DNA from: a virus
Lineage: Duplodnaviria > Caudoviricetes
IMG/VR virus record: IMGVR_UViG_3300025679_000005
Direction: 5' to 3' (one strand)
Length of the DNA stretch: 64,000 nt
Below the pieces are notes generated by a model, which was not told the DNA's origin, did not search any database, and saw only the letters and a list, made by a program, of their open reading frames with translations. Positions 8,003 through 15,718 of the stretch are shown here, one piece after another. Each line of letters begins with the position of its first letter. Positions within the stretch are counted from its first letter, which is position 1. Position numbers and translations under genes: made by a program.

Positions 8003-8746
8003 ATGTCCCATCAACGAAAGTACACTTACGAGTACCTCGCCCCTCTAGTTAAAGAGAGCACCAATTTTACCGAGTTGTTGCGTAAAATAGGGGTCACTAG
8101 CAGTGGATCCTTGTGGTCTTTGATTAGGCGGCGAGTGGACGAGTTCGGGATAGATCGAAGCCACTTCATTGGGGTGTCTTCGAATAAGGGCCGTGTAAGA
8201 CGAACACCCGCAGAGGTGTTCTCTCAGGTGAGCACGCGCAGACTTGATCACGCTACACTACGGAACGCTCTTCTCAGAGATGGCGTATCCCATAAGTGTG
8301 CTGTCTGTGGGGCAGGACCCGAGTGGTGTGGTCGGCCACTAACTTTACAAGTTGATCACATTGACAGCGACTTCCTCAACAACGCAAAGAGTAACCTTCG
8401 ATTTCTGTGCCCTAATTGTCACACTCAGACAGAGGATTACGGACCTAAAGGCTTGAAGCAGGCTTTAATTGTGACAGCCTGTGTGGTGTGTGAGGCACCC
8501 GTATCGGTCACTCCTAGGAGATTTAAGAGGGGTAACTGTTATTGTGGAAAGAAGTGTTCTTCATCCATAGCTACTCGAAGAGAAAAAGCTGACTGGCCCT
8601 CTGACTCTCAATTGAAATCTTTGGTGTGGGAGATGCCCACCACTAAGATCGCTAAAAATTTGGGTGTTTCTGGTACAGCAGTGAAGCAAAGATGCTTAGC
8701 TAGAGGGATAGACACCCCCTCAAGAGGGTTTTGGACCAAAAAGTAA
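8003..8746 (+). CDS. HNH endonuclease, family A
   Basis: LQVDHIDSDFLNNAKSNLRFLCPNCHTQT; WPSDSQLKSLVW..RGFW. Confidence 0.88.
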   Translation: MSHQRKYTYEYLAPLVKESTNFTELLRKIGVTSSGSLWSLIRRRVDEFGIDRSHFIGVSSNKGRVRRTPAEVFSQVSTRRLDHATLRNALLRDGVSHKCAVCGAGPEWCGRPLTLQVDHIDSDFLNNAKSNLRFLCPNCHTQTEDYGPKGLKQALIVTACVVCEAPVSVTPRRFKRGNCYCGKKCSSSIATRREKADWPSDSQLKSLVWEMPTTKIAKNLGVSGTAVKQRCLARGIDTPSRGFWTKK

Positions 8747-8750
8747 CGAT

Positions 8751-8822
8751 GCGAGTGAAGCCCCATGGTGGGGCACTAGTTTTCCAAACTAGGATCAGCG
8801 GGTTCGATTCCCGCCACCCGCT
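8751..8822 (+). tRNA. tRNA-Gly(TCC) copy 1
   Basis: Loop TTTCCAA. Confidence 0.88.
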
Positions 8823-8833
8823 CTCGACGACAT

Positions 8834-8905
8834 ACTAGGGTAGCATAAAGGCAATGTGTTCCGCTGTTACCGGAGAAGATGAGGGTTCGATTCCTTCCCC
8901 TAGTG
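8834..8905 (+). tRNA. tRNA-Asn(GTT)
   Basis: Loop CTGTTAC, G73. Confidence 0.8.
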
Positions 8906-8920
8906 CTGACCGTTACGCAT

Positions 8921-8995
8921 TCCTGGGTAGCCAAGCGGTAAGGCAGCGGATTGTTAATCCGCCTAGCGAAGGTTCGATCCCTTCCTCAGGAGCCA
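8921..8995 (+). tRNA. tRNA-Asn(GTT)
   Basis: Loop TTGTTAA, encoded CCA. Confidence 0.9.
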
Positions 8996-9034
8996 ATTTT
9001 TACTTATAGGTATGGCCACTTAGGAGCCATACCT

Positions 9035-9418
9035 ATGTCAGCAGCCAGTCGCGTCGCCCTCCGATACAAGCTTGCCAAGACCTTCCCCTCGGAAAAGGCC
9101 TTGAAAACGTATCTGGACGCCCACCCGAAGGCTGACAAGTCCAAGCATCGAGTCGAGGACGCCGATGTCCAGAGGATCAAGGATGAGGTAGCCCCTCACG
9201 CTAAGATCAAGAAGGACCAGGAAAAGGCTGAAAAGAACCGCGGCAAGGCTAAGGAAAAGCGCGACGACGAAAAGACCAAGAAAGACCTGACTAAGCATCA
9301 GGAAGAGCACCCTCGTGGGACGATCAATTGGGACTACGATCCTAAGAACCGCACGAAGGACCAAAAAGAGAAGTCTGAGAAGGTGGTCGATGAGGCCGTC
9401 GATAAGAAACGCGAGTGA
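9035..9418 (+). CDS. Lys/Asp/Glu-rich hypothetical protein
   Basis: AGGAG RBS; stop overlaps start of tRNA-Gly copy 2. Confidence 0.7.
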   Translation: MSAASRVALRYKLAKTFPSEKALKTYLDAHPKADKSKHRVEDADVQRIKDEVAPHAKIKKDQEKAEKNRGKAKEKRDDEKTKKDLTKHQEEHPRGTINWDYDPKNRTKDQKEKSEKVVDEAVDKKRE

Positions 9419-9482
9419 AGCCCCATGGTGGGGCGCTAGTTTTCCAAACTAGTGCCAGCGGGTTCGATTCCCGCCACTCGCT
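9411..9482 (+). tRNA. tRNA-Gly(TCC) copy 2
   Basis: Near-identical to 8751-8822. Confidence 0.88.
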
Positions 9483-9633
9483 CCCAAGAAACCCGCCGAA
9501 AGGTTATAGCTATACCAATCGGGATTACGGGGATGGTGAAGAGTGGAATGCCGGAGTCCGGATGGACGTTGATGGCGCCCCTGGGTAGCACCCAGTATCT
9601 CTAGTGTGGGTTCGATTCCCGCACCTTGGACTA

Positions 9634-9805
9634 AGGAGTCTCCACTCCTAGAAGCATACACGCAAATAGTAGGTTCGAATCCTGCCTCCTTCACAAGATG
9701 CCTCAATCTCTGAGACCTCTTGTGAAGGAGACGCCCAATGGCCGGGCACCAGACGGTAAATCTGGCTCGCAAGAGCAATCCCTGCTTCACTACTCGGAGA
9801 CTCTT
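9634..9805 (+). ncRNA. circularly permuted tRNA(Tyr)-like RNA (Y RNA/YrlA-like mimic)
   Basis: Order T-arm, 12-bp closed acceptor, D-arm, anticodon arm (CGGTAAA), V-arm, enclosed by outer helices. Confidence 0.7.
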
Positions 9806-9809
9806 TTAT

Positions 9810-9882
9810 GCCTACGTAGCACAATTGGCGGTGCCCCTGTTTTGTACTCAGGAGGTTGGAGGTTCGATGCCTCTCGTAGGCT
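9810..9882 (+). tRNA. tRNA-Thr(TGT)
   Basis: Loop TTTGTAC. Confidence 0.85.
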
Positions 9883-9887
9883 CTCAC

Positions 9888-9961
9888 GCTGGCGTAGCAT
9901 CTCTTGGGAGTGCACTTGCATGGTAAGCAAGTTTAGGTGGGTTCGAATCCCATCGCCAGCT
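9888..9961 (+). tRNA. tRNA-Thr(GGT)
   Basis: Loop ATGGTAA. Confidence 0.85.
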
Positions 9962-10090
9962 CTCAGTCATTGCCCATCACATGGGCCGAAGGTTTCTTCG
10001 GTTGGGCAGTCACCGCCTCGCAAGAGGTTGCAGTCAAAGAGTCGACCGGGAACACCGGCAACTTCTCTGAAACGTGATGACCGTGTCTAT

Positions 10091-10161
10091 GCCTCTTTAG
10101 CTCCAAGGCGGAGCAACGGTTTCGTATACCGTCGGGCTGAGTTCGATTCTCAGGAGAGGCT
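10091..10161 (+). tRNA. tRNA-Thr(CGT)
   Basis: Loop TTCGTAT. Confidence 0.85.
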
Positions 10162-10206
10162 CTACCCCTTGTAGACGGGGCGAAAGAAGTAGTCTACAAT
10201 CTCTAT

Positions 10207-10281
10207 TGCGGGATGGCGCAACCTGGTAGCGCGTCGGCCTCATAAGCCGAAGGTTCTCTGTTCAAATCGGAGTCTCCGCAA
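10207..10281 (+). tRNA. tRNA-Met(CAT), initiator-like
   Basis: Body resembles tRNA-fMet (T-loop TTCAAAT) but anticodon stem TCGGC lacks the third G-C pair. Confidence 0.8.
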
Positions 10282-10290
10282 CTACGCTAT

Positions 10291-10362
10291 GCCCCGTTCG
10301 TCTAACGGTTAGGATACTTGGTTTTCACCCAGGTGACAGGAGTTCGATTCTCCTACGGGGTA
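10291..10362 (+). tRNA. tRNA-Glu(TTC)
   Basis: Loop TTTTCAC. Confidence 0.9.
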
Positions 10363-10477
10363 CTGATTCATTGCTAGGGGTGAGCAGACGATGCAGGCCT
10401 ACGGGTTCGATTCCCGTGTATCAGTGGTGGGAGGCTCGACTGGCTGGCGGGTTCGACACCCGTACAACGAATCAAAT

Positions 10478-10553
10478 GGCTACCAAGCTAACCTGGTGGA
10501 AGCGCTATGTTGAAGCCATAGAGGGCTCCGATCGTAACGGAGGGTAGCCACCA
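10478..10553 (+). tRNA. tRNA-Phe(GAA), atypical T-loop ATCGTAA
   Basis: Loop TTGAAGC; encoded CCA. Confidence 0.8.
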
Positions 10554-11230
10554 AATTTCTTCATCCGTTTGCGAACGGCTGCTTCAGAAACTCCCAGCTC
10601 TCTGGCTACTTGAACTTTAGAACTGTTCAAGACTCGTTTAGCCAACTCCCTTGCAGACGGCCAGTTAATCTTGGTTATGCTCTGACCATAGCATGCCTCG
10701 CATCTTTTAGAGTTTCTGAATACAGGTGCATGACAGTCAGAACATTTGGCTGCTTGTTTCTTGTATCTCCCTTTAGTTTTACTCCTTGTGAAGGTCTTAG
10801 TTTGAGAGTGGCAGTTGGGGCACAAGATCCTTAGATTATCAAGGCGGTTGTCGAATGGGTCTCCGTTGATATGATCCAATTGGAGTGTGATGGGTTCTTC
10901 TTCCCAAACAGGAAGCAACCCACATTTTAGACAAACTTCTTTCAGCAACCCTGCCTTGAATAGACGCTGTTTGAGGGCAACCGTGTTGCGGTATGTGCTG
11001 TCCTCGACCAGGATCTCTTCAAGGGATTGTTTGAGAGGTGTCACAGAAGTACCGTGGGCTCTACCCGTATGGTGGGATATGTCCAAGCCTAGGCGTGTGA
11101 TGTACCCTTTGACTGTCTTGTAGTTGCCAGGACTCGTGGAAATCCCTAGATTTCTGAGGGTATCTGCGATGGTGTAGCTGGAAGCCAGCGCTTTTCGCAG
11201 TTCTTCGTCGGACCAAGTGCGGTTTGACAT
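10505..11230 (-). CDS. HNH endonuclease, family A; tail antisense to tRNA-Phe
   Basis: LQLDHINGDPFDNRLDNLRILCPNCHSQT; WPSARELAKRV..LGVSEAAVRKR. Confidence 0.88.
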   Translation of the reverse strand: MSNRTWSDEELRKALASSYTIADTLRNLGISTSPGNYKTVKGYITRLGLDISHHTGRAHGTSVTPLKQSLEEILVEDSTYRNTVALKQRLFKAGLLKEVCLKCGLLPVWEEEPITLQLDHINGDPFDNRLDNLRILCPNCHSQTKTFTRSKTKGRYKKQAAKCSDCHAPVFRNSKRCEACYGQSITKINWPSARELAKRVLNSSKVQVARELGVSEAAVRKRMKKFGGYPPLRSEPSMAST

Positions 11231-11275
11231 TGTACTAGCGAACATATAGATAGACTAGCACATGGTTCGAGATAC

Positions 11276-11360
11276 GCCGTCGTGGTGGAATTTGGCATAC
11301 ACGCATCGCTGAGAACGATGGCCCCTTGTGGGTATGAGGGTTCAAGTCCCTCCGACGGCA
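11276..11360 (+). tRNA. tRNA-Leu(GAG)
   Basis: Loop CTGAGAA, long V-arm. Confidence 0.9.
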
Positions 11361-11472
11361 CTCCGTGTCCTGGTTCGCGTCCGGGAACAAAATAGAGGCT
11401 ATACCAGGCGCAGGCCCTGGTGCTTCTGAGGTCGGTGGTTTGATCCCACCCCACGGTGAACCTGCATACAAT

Positions 11473-11546
11473 GTCCTCGTAGCACAGCTGGATAGTGCAG
11501 GGCTTTCCTAAAGCTCAGGTCGCAAGTTCGAATCTTGCCGAGGACG
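11473..11546 (+). tRNA. tRNA-Arg(CCT)
   Basis: Loop TTCCTAA. Confidence 0.9.
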
Positions 11547-11553
11547 CTACTAT

Positions 11554-11627
11554 GGTGGCCAATGTTCAATGGATGGACACGCGACTGTGACTCGCGTTTA
11601 GACGGGTTCGATCCCCGCTGGTCACCC
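11554..11627 (+). tRNA. tRNA-His(GTG)
   Basis: Loop CTGTGAC; G-1/C73. Confidence 0.88.
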
Positions 11628-11636
11628 TGATACTTT

Positions 11637-11710
11637 GCTCCCGAAGTCCACTGGTGTAGACGGCAGCTTGTCACGCTGTGTCGAGGAGGGTTCGATTCCC
11701 TTCGGGGCTA
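11637..11710 (+). tRNA. tRNA-Asp(GTC), imperfect acceptor stem
   Basis: Loop TTGTCAC. Confidence 0.75.
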
Positions 11711-11796
11711 TCAAGAAGCATTGCTTAAAACGAGGTGTCGAAACCAAGCCTAGGGGCTACTGGGCAATTCAAGAAGCCCTGAAGAAAATCGGGTGA
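11707..11796 (+). pseudogene. orphan 3' remnant of a family A HNH gene
   Basis: Translates AIKKHCLKRGVETKPRGYWAIQEALKKIG*, matching family A tails. Confidence 0.7.
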
Positions 11797-11856
11797 GAGA
11801 CAACGGGTTCCTCGGGGTTCCCTCTCCGACTAATCCCTCTGTGAAATCGCTAGAGC

Positions 11857-12846
11857 ATGTCCAACGACGTATTGATGGCTCGAACCCTCCTTCCGGCCGA
11901 CTGCATCGACCTGGGGATAGGCGAGCCCCACTTCCTACGGGAAGTTGTAAGTCAGACTTACAACTTGGATTCCTTCAGTTTTTCTGGTCTTCCGAAGATC
12001 TGGGAGTATGCCCCGCCGAACGGCTACGGGCCTCTGGTGAAGCTTTTGGAGGAGAAGTACCAAGCACCCGTCGTTCTCACGGTGGGCGCTAAGCATGGCA
12101 TCTTCGCAGCACTACATGCGGTCCGCCAGCAGGGAGCCCGTTCGGTGGCCTACAGGAAGCCCTACTGGGCCTCGTTCCCCTTCATGATGGCTCGTGCCGG
12201 CCTGAAGTCGGTGACCAACAGCTTGAAGGCAGACGCTCACCTATTGGTGATGCCAAACAATCCCGACGGCTTCGTTCTTTCCGAGGAAAAGACCGCTGAC
12301 TTTTGCAATACCTCGGTGCCAATCATCCACGATGCGGCCTACTACACGGAGAGCTATCTCCCCGACGATTACAAGCTGACCGCTCTGGGCGATATGCAGG
12401 TGTTCAGTGTTTCAAAGATGTATGGTTTGTCAGGGCTGAGGCTAGGCTGGGTCGTGTGCCACAACCCGGTCTACTACAGCGCCTTGACGAGCTTCGTGGA
12501 AGCCACTACCGCAGGGATATCGACGGCCTCTCAGAGAGTGCTGTTGTCGATTCTTGAGGCGGATTCGGCTGACCCCGAGCTTCGGAAGAGTTTCTCCAGG
12601 GAGATGCGAGATCATCTTGCCTGGGCTCACGAGAAGCTCTTGGACCTCGACCCTAAAGTTTTGACCCCTAAGTCATCCGTTGGGATGTTTGGGTGGTGCA
12701 AGAAAGGCCCTAGGTTTGACGCGGTCAAGGCTAAGGTCAATGTGATGGATGGCGCCTCCTTTGGAGACGCCTCGATGGTGCGCCTGAGCTTGGCTGTGTC
12801 GAAGACCACACTGACAAGTGCGGTTCAAAGACTCAACAAGATGTAA
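11857..12846 (+). CDS. PLP-dependent aminotransferase class I/II
   Basis: IDLGIGEP, MPNNPDG, IIHDAAY, SVSKMYGLSGLRLGW (PLP lysine). Confidence 0.92.
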   Translation: MSNDVLMARTLLPADCIDLGIGEPHFLREVVSQTYNLDSFSFSGLPKIWEYAPPNGYGPLVKLLEEKYQAPVVLTVGAKHGIFAALHAVRQQGARSVAYRKPYWASFPFMMARAGLKSVTNSLKADAHLLVMPNNPDGFVLSEEKTADFCNTSVPIIHDAAYYTESYLPDDYKLTALGDMQVFSVSKMYGLSGLRLGWVVCHNPVYYSALTSFVEATTAGISTASQRVLLSILEADSADPELRKSFSREMRDHLAWAHEKLLDLDPKVLTPKSSVGMFGWCKKGPRFDAVKAKVNVMDGASFGDASMVRLSLAVSKTTLTSAVQRLNKM

Positions 12847-13033
12847 AAGGGGTGCCATGTCGAGCAGAAAAGAGTGGACTATCTTAGGCCCTCACAAGAC
12901 AGCTCATTGTGAGAGATGCAAGGCGACCTCAGCCTGGGTGACTGGCGTCCGCTTCGGAGGCAAGGAACTAACATACTGGAGATGGTGGAAGCGTTTCAAG
13001 CAAACGCATTCACGATGTATAGAGCGACAGCAT

Positions 13034-13119
13034 GCTGTTGTGGCGTAATTGGTAGCCGCCCTGGCTTGAGGTGTCAGTGGGATGCAAATCCCGTGTAGGT
13101 TCGAGTCCTATCAACAGCA
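13034..13119 (+). tRNA. tRNA-Leu(GAG) second copy
   Basis: Loop TTGAGGT, long V-arm. Confidence 0.82.
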
Positions 13120-13130
13120 CTAGTAGATAC

Positions 13131-13200
13131 GGGGTTGTCCGTCGGGACGGGGCCTTGCTTCGCACGCAAGCGCACGGGAGTTCAACTCTCCCCAGCTCCA
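13131..13200 (+). tRNA. tRNA-Ala(CGC)
   Basis: Loop TTCGCAC; G3:U70. Confidence 0.85.
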
Positions 13201-13243
13201 CTAGCACTTGGTTTGCGCAATTCACTTGTAATACTACTAGGGT

Positions 13244-13951
13244 ATGCCCATAAAGAACTGCGAAGTCTGTCAGAAGGAATACACAGCCTCCAAGCATGCT
13301 TTGCCCAAGCGTCGAGCCTGTTCTGTGGATTGTGGGCACAAGTTACGTAATAAACATATCACAGTAACTTGTGCCCAATGTTCAACCCCTTTCAGCATCA
13401 GAGCACGTCGGTTGAAACTTTCTAAAAGTGGCCTGGTGTTCTGCTCTAGGCTCTGCAAAGAAAGGGCCTCAAGCTACGGTGGTCACCTTGAGAGAGGTAC
13501 GGGAAAGTATTCCTATCGAGAAAGAGCCTTATCTGAATACGGATCCAGCTGTAATTCGTGCGGGTACGACACAGACGCTAGAATGCTTGATGTAGATCAC
13601 GTAGATTCGGACAGGGGGAATAACAAAATATCAAACTTACGTGTACTGTGCGTCTGGTGTCATGCCTTGAAGACCCGCCAGGTTAGGAGCCATCATCGAG
13701 GCGCTCCTGAGGAGGGAATCAAAAGGGAGAGGTCCGCCAACCCCAGACCCACAAAGATCCATTGGCCTTCAGATGAAGAGCTGGAGGGATTACTTTGGGA
13801 GCAGTCAGCTGTGCAGGTAGCCAAGGCACTTGGCGTCTCCTCTACTGCAATCAAGAAAAGGTGCTTACGGAGAGGAATCCAAACCAGACCCATAGGCTAT
13901 TGGGCTAAGGTGAATTCTCCTACAAATAAGCCCTCCAGAAGATTCAGATAA
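13244..13951 (+). CDS. HNH endonuclease, family A
   Basis: LDVDHVDSDRGNNKISNLRVLCVWCHALKT; WPSDEEL..IGYW. Confidence 0.88.
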   Translation: MPIKNCEVCQKEYTASKHALPKRRACSVDCGHKLRNKHITVTCAQCSTPFSIRARRLKLSKSGLVFCSRLCKERASSYGGHLERGTGKYSYRERALSEYGSSCNSCGYDTDARMLDVDHVDSDRGNNKISNLRVLCVWCHALKTRQVRSHHRGAPEEGIKRERSANPRPTKIHWPSDEELEGLLWEQSAVQVAKALGVSSTAIKKRCLRRGIQTRPIGYWAKVNSPTNKPSRRFR

Positions 13952-13956
13952 CTCAT

Positions 13957-13996
13957 GCTCCAATGGCGGAATGGCAGACGCACCTGGCTTAGTGAA
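13957..13996 (+). pseudogene. 5' half of a tRNA-Leu(TAG), broken at the anticodon
   Basis: GCTCCAA TGGCGGAATGGCAGACGCA CCTGG CTTAG, then unrelated sequence. Confidence 0.6.
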
Positions 13997-14051
13997 GGTT
14001 CAACTCCTTCTGCAATCAACCCGGACCTTCGACTCGAACACTCTTATCTAC

Positions 14052-14133
14052 GCTTCTGTGTCGTAATGCAGCCGAGCGACCCTTAGAAGGTCGTGTCCTT
14101 AGGGACGTGTGGGCTCGATCCCCACCAGAAGCA
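14052..14133 (+). tRNA. tRNA-Leu(TAG)
   Basis: Loop CTTAGAA; atypical T-loop CTCGATC. Confidence 0.82.
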
Positions 14134-14222
14134 CAACTAGCCCGAAAGGCTGGTTAACTTTTACGGGGAGGGCAAGCTTACTATTAGCTTGGACTCAAGA
14201 TACAAGAGTTGTAAGATGTAAT

Positions 14223-14308
14223 GCTACCGTGGCGTAATGGCAGCCGCACCTCACTCAAAACGAGGCGTTCTTTGGGACGTACTGGTTCAAGTCCAGTCGG
14301 TAGCACCA
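14223..14308 (+). tRNA. tRNA-Leu(CAA)
   Basis: Loop CTCAAAA; CCA. Confidence 0.9.
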
Positions 14309-14310
14309 AT

Positions 14311-14385
14311 GGCGAGATGGTCTGAATGGTAAGGCGCCGGTTTGCAAGTCCGGTTTTTTCGTGGGTTCGATTCCCACTCTCGCCT
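14311..14385 (+). tRNA. tRNA-Cys(GCA)
   Basis: Loop TTGCAAG; U73. Confidence 0.85.
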
Positions 14386-14390
14386 CTGAT

Positions 14391-14465
14391 GGTGGCTTCG
14401 TTCTCTGGGAGAGCACTACTTCGACAAGGTAGACCAGGAGGGTTCGATTCCCTCAGCCACTACCA
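14391..14465 (+). tRNA. tRNA-Val(GAC), C at position 33
   Basis: Loop TCGACAA; CCA. Confidence 0.8.
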
Positions 14466-14467
14466 AT

Positions 14468-14542
14468 GTCTCCATGGTGAAACGGATATCACTCGACTCT
14501 ACGAAAGTCGCGTTCTAGGTTCAAATCCTAGTGGAGACGCCA
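14468..14542 (+). tRNA. tRNA-Arg(ACG)
   Basis: Loop CTACGAA; CCA. Confidence 0.9.
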
Positions 14543-14547
14543 CGCAC

Positions 14548-14623
14548 GCTTCTCTGTTGCAACGGATAGCATCGAGGCCTTCTAAGCCTTTGGATCCGAG
14601 TTCGAATCTCGGGGGAAGCGCCA
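14548..14623 (+). tRNA. tRNA-Arg(TCT)
   Basis: Loop CTTCTAA; CCA. Confidence 0.9.
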
Positions 14624-14624
14624 T

Positions 14625-14697
14625 GTCTTCTTGGTGAAACTGGATATCACAAGGCTCTTCGAAAGCTTTATTTCGGGTTCGAATCCCGAGGAAGACG
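14625..14697 (+). tRNA. tRNA-Arg(TCG)
   Basis: Loop CTTCGAA. Confidence 0.88.
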
Positions 14698-14857
14698 CTC
14701 AGATCAACTTGTAGACGATCTCACTGGTTGTCCAAAGGACAACAGTTACAAGGGTGAGCAATAGCTGAGCAACGAATTCGACGGCCGCCATATTCTAGGT
14801 GTTTCATAAATATTAGGACAGGTGAACACACTTTTTCACTTATCGGTGTGTTTGTAC

Positions 14858-15631
14858 ATGGTCTACACGAAGAAGCAGCTAGCTGAGGCAGTTGCCTTGA
14901 GCAGTTCTATTTCAGGCGTGCTGGGATTTCTAGGTGTGTATGGAAGAAGCGGTGGTGTTTGGGCTCGTTTCAAAAAGCTGATCATTGAGCATCGGTTAGA
15001 CACATCTCACTTCAACCCTTCTAGAAGAGGCCAACCCTCATCAAGAAGACGGTCATCGGATAAGGTTTTGGTTCTTAGGGAAATCAACTATCGTGAGACG
15101 ACAGTTAGATTGAGAATGGCTATGCTTGAAGCGGGCTTCTTGCATGTTTGCGCCGTCTGCTCCCAAGCCCCCGAATGGCAAGGGGGCCGTCTGACTCTGC
15201 AAATCGACCATAAGAGTGGTGATTGGAGAGATTGTAGGCAAGAGAATTTGAGATTTCTGTGCCCTAACTGCCACAGTCAGACAAGCACCTTTGGACACAG
15301 GCCTGACCCATTGTTGATAGTCGAGACTTCTTGTGTTTCCTGTTCAAAGAAACTGCGCCTCAACCAGAACACTCTACGGAGAAAGACATCAGGGCCCTAT
15401 TGTAAACCTTGTAGGGATGTGAAATTTTTTGCTGCTAAACCTGCCAGCAAAGAGAAGATTGAGTGGCCAAATCCTATAGAATTGTCCACTTTGGTGTGGA
15501 CCACCCCTGTAACGAAGTTAGCTAACCAACTTGGTGTCTCTGGGTCTGCTATCAAGAAACGTTGTAAGCAACTCGGGATCACGACACCCGGAAGAGGTTA
15601 TTGGTCTCAACGTCAATCAGAGGTGAAGTAG
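14858..15631 (+). CDS. HNH endonuclease, family A
   Basis: LQIDHKSGDWRDCRQENLRFLCPNCHSQT; WPNPIELSTLVW..RGYW. Confidence 0.88.
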   Translation: MVYTKKQLAEAVALSSSISGVLGFLGVYGRSGGVWARFKKLIIEHRLDTSHFNPSRRGQPSSRRRSSDKVLVLREINYRETTVRLRMAMLEAGFLHVCAVCSQAPEWQGGRLTLQIDHKSGDWRDCRQENLRFLCPNCHSQTSTFGHRPDPLLIVETSCVSCSKKLRLNQNTLRRKTSGPYCKPCRDVKFFAAKPASKEKIEWPNPIELSTLVWTTPVTKLANQLGVSGSAIKKRCKQLGITTPGRGYWSQRQSEVK

Positions 15632-15646
15632 CAGCTAGTTGACTGT

Positions 15647-15718
15647 GCCGCGTTAGTCCTCTGGGAGGGCAGCTGGTCTACACCCAGCACCAGGAAGGTC
15701 CGATTCCTTCACGCGGTA
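15647..15718 (+). tRNA. tRNA-Val(TAC), C at position 33
   Basis: Loop TCTACAC; T-loop TCCGATT. Confidence 0.78.

Noticed and set aside
9634-9805. Two-piece (permuted) tmRNA
   Set aside because: Has an anticodon arm, no G3:U70 and no tag frame; a normal tmRNA exists at 35423.
9449-10174. ORFs 9449-9790, 9648-9887, 9698-10174 and similar ones (7816-8052, 14326-14637, 6581-6790)
   Set aside because: They run through tRNA or ncRNA genes and translate T-loop sequence; not credible proteins.
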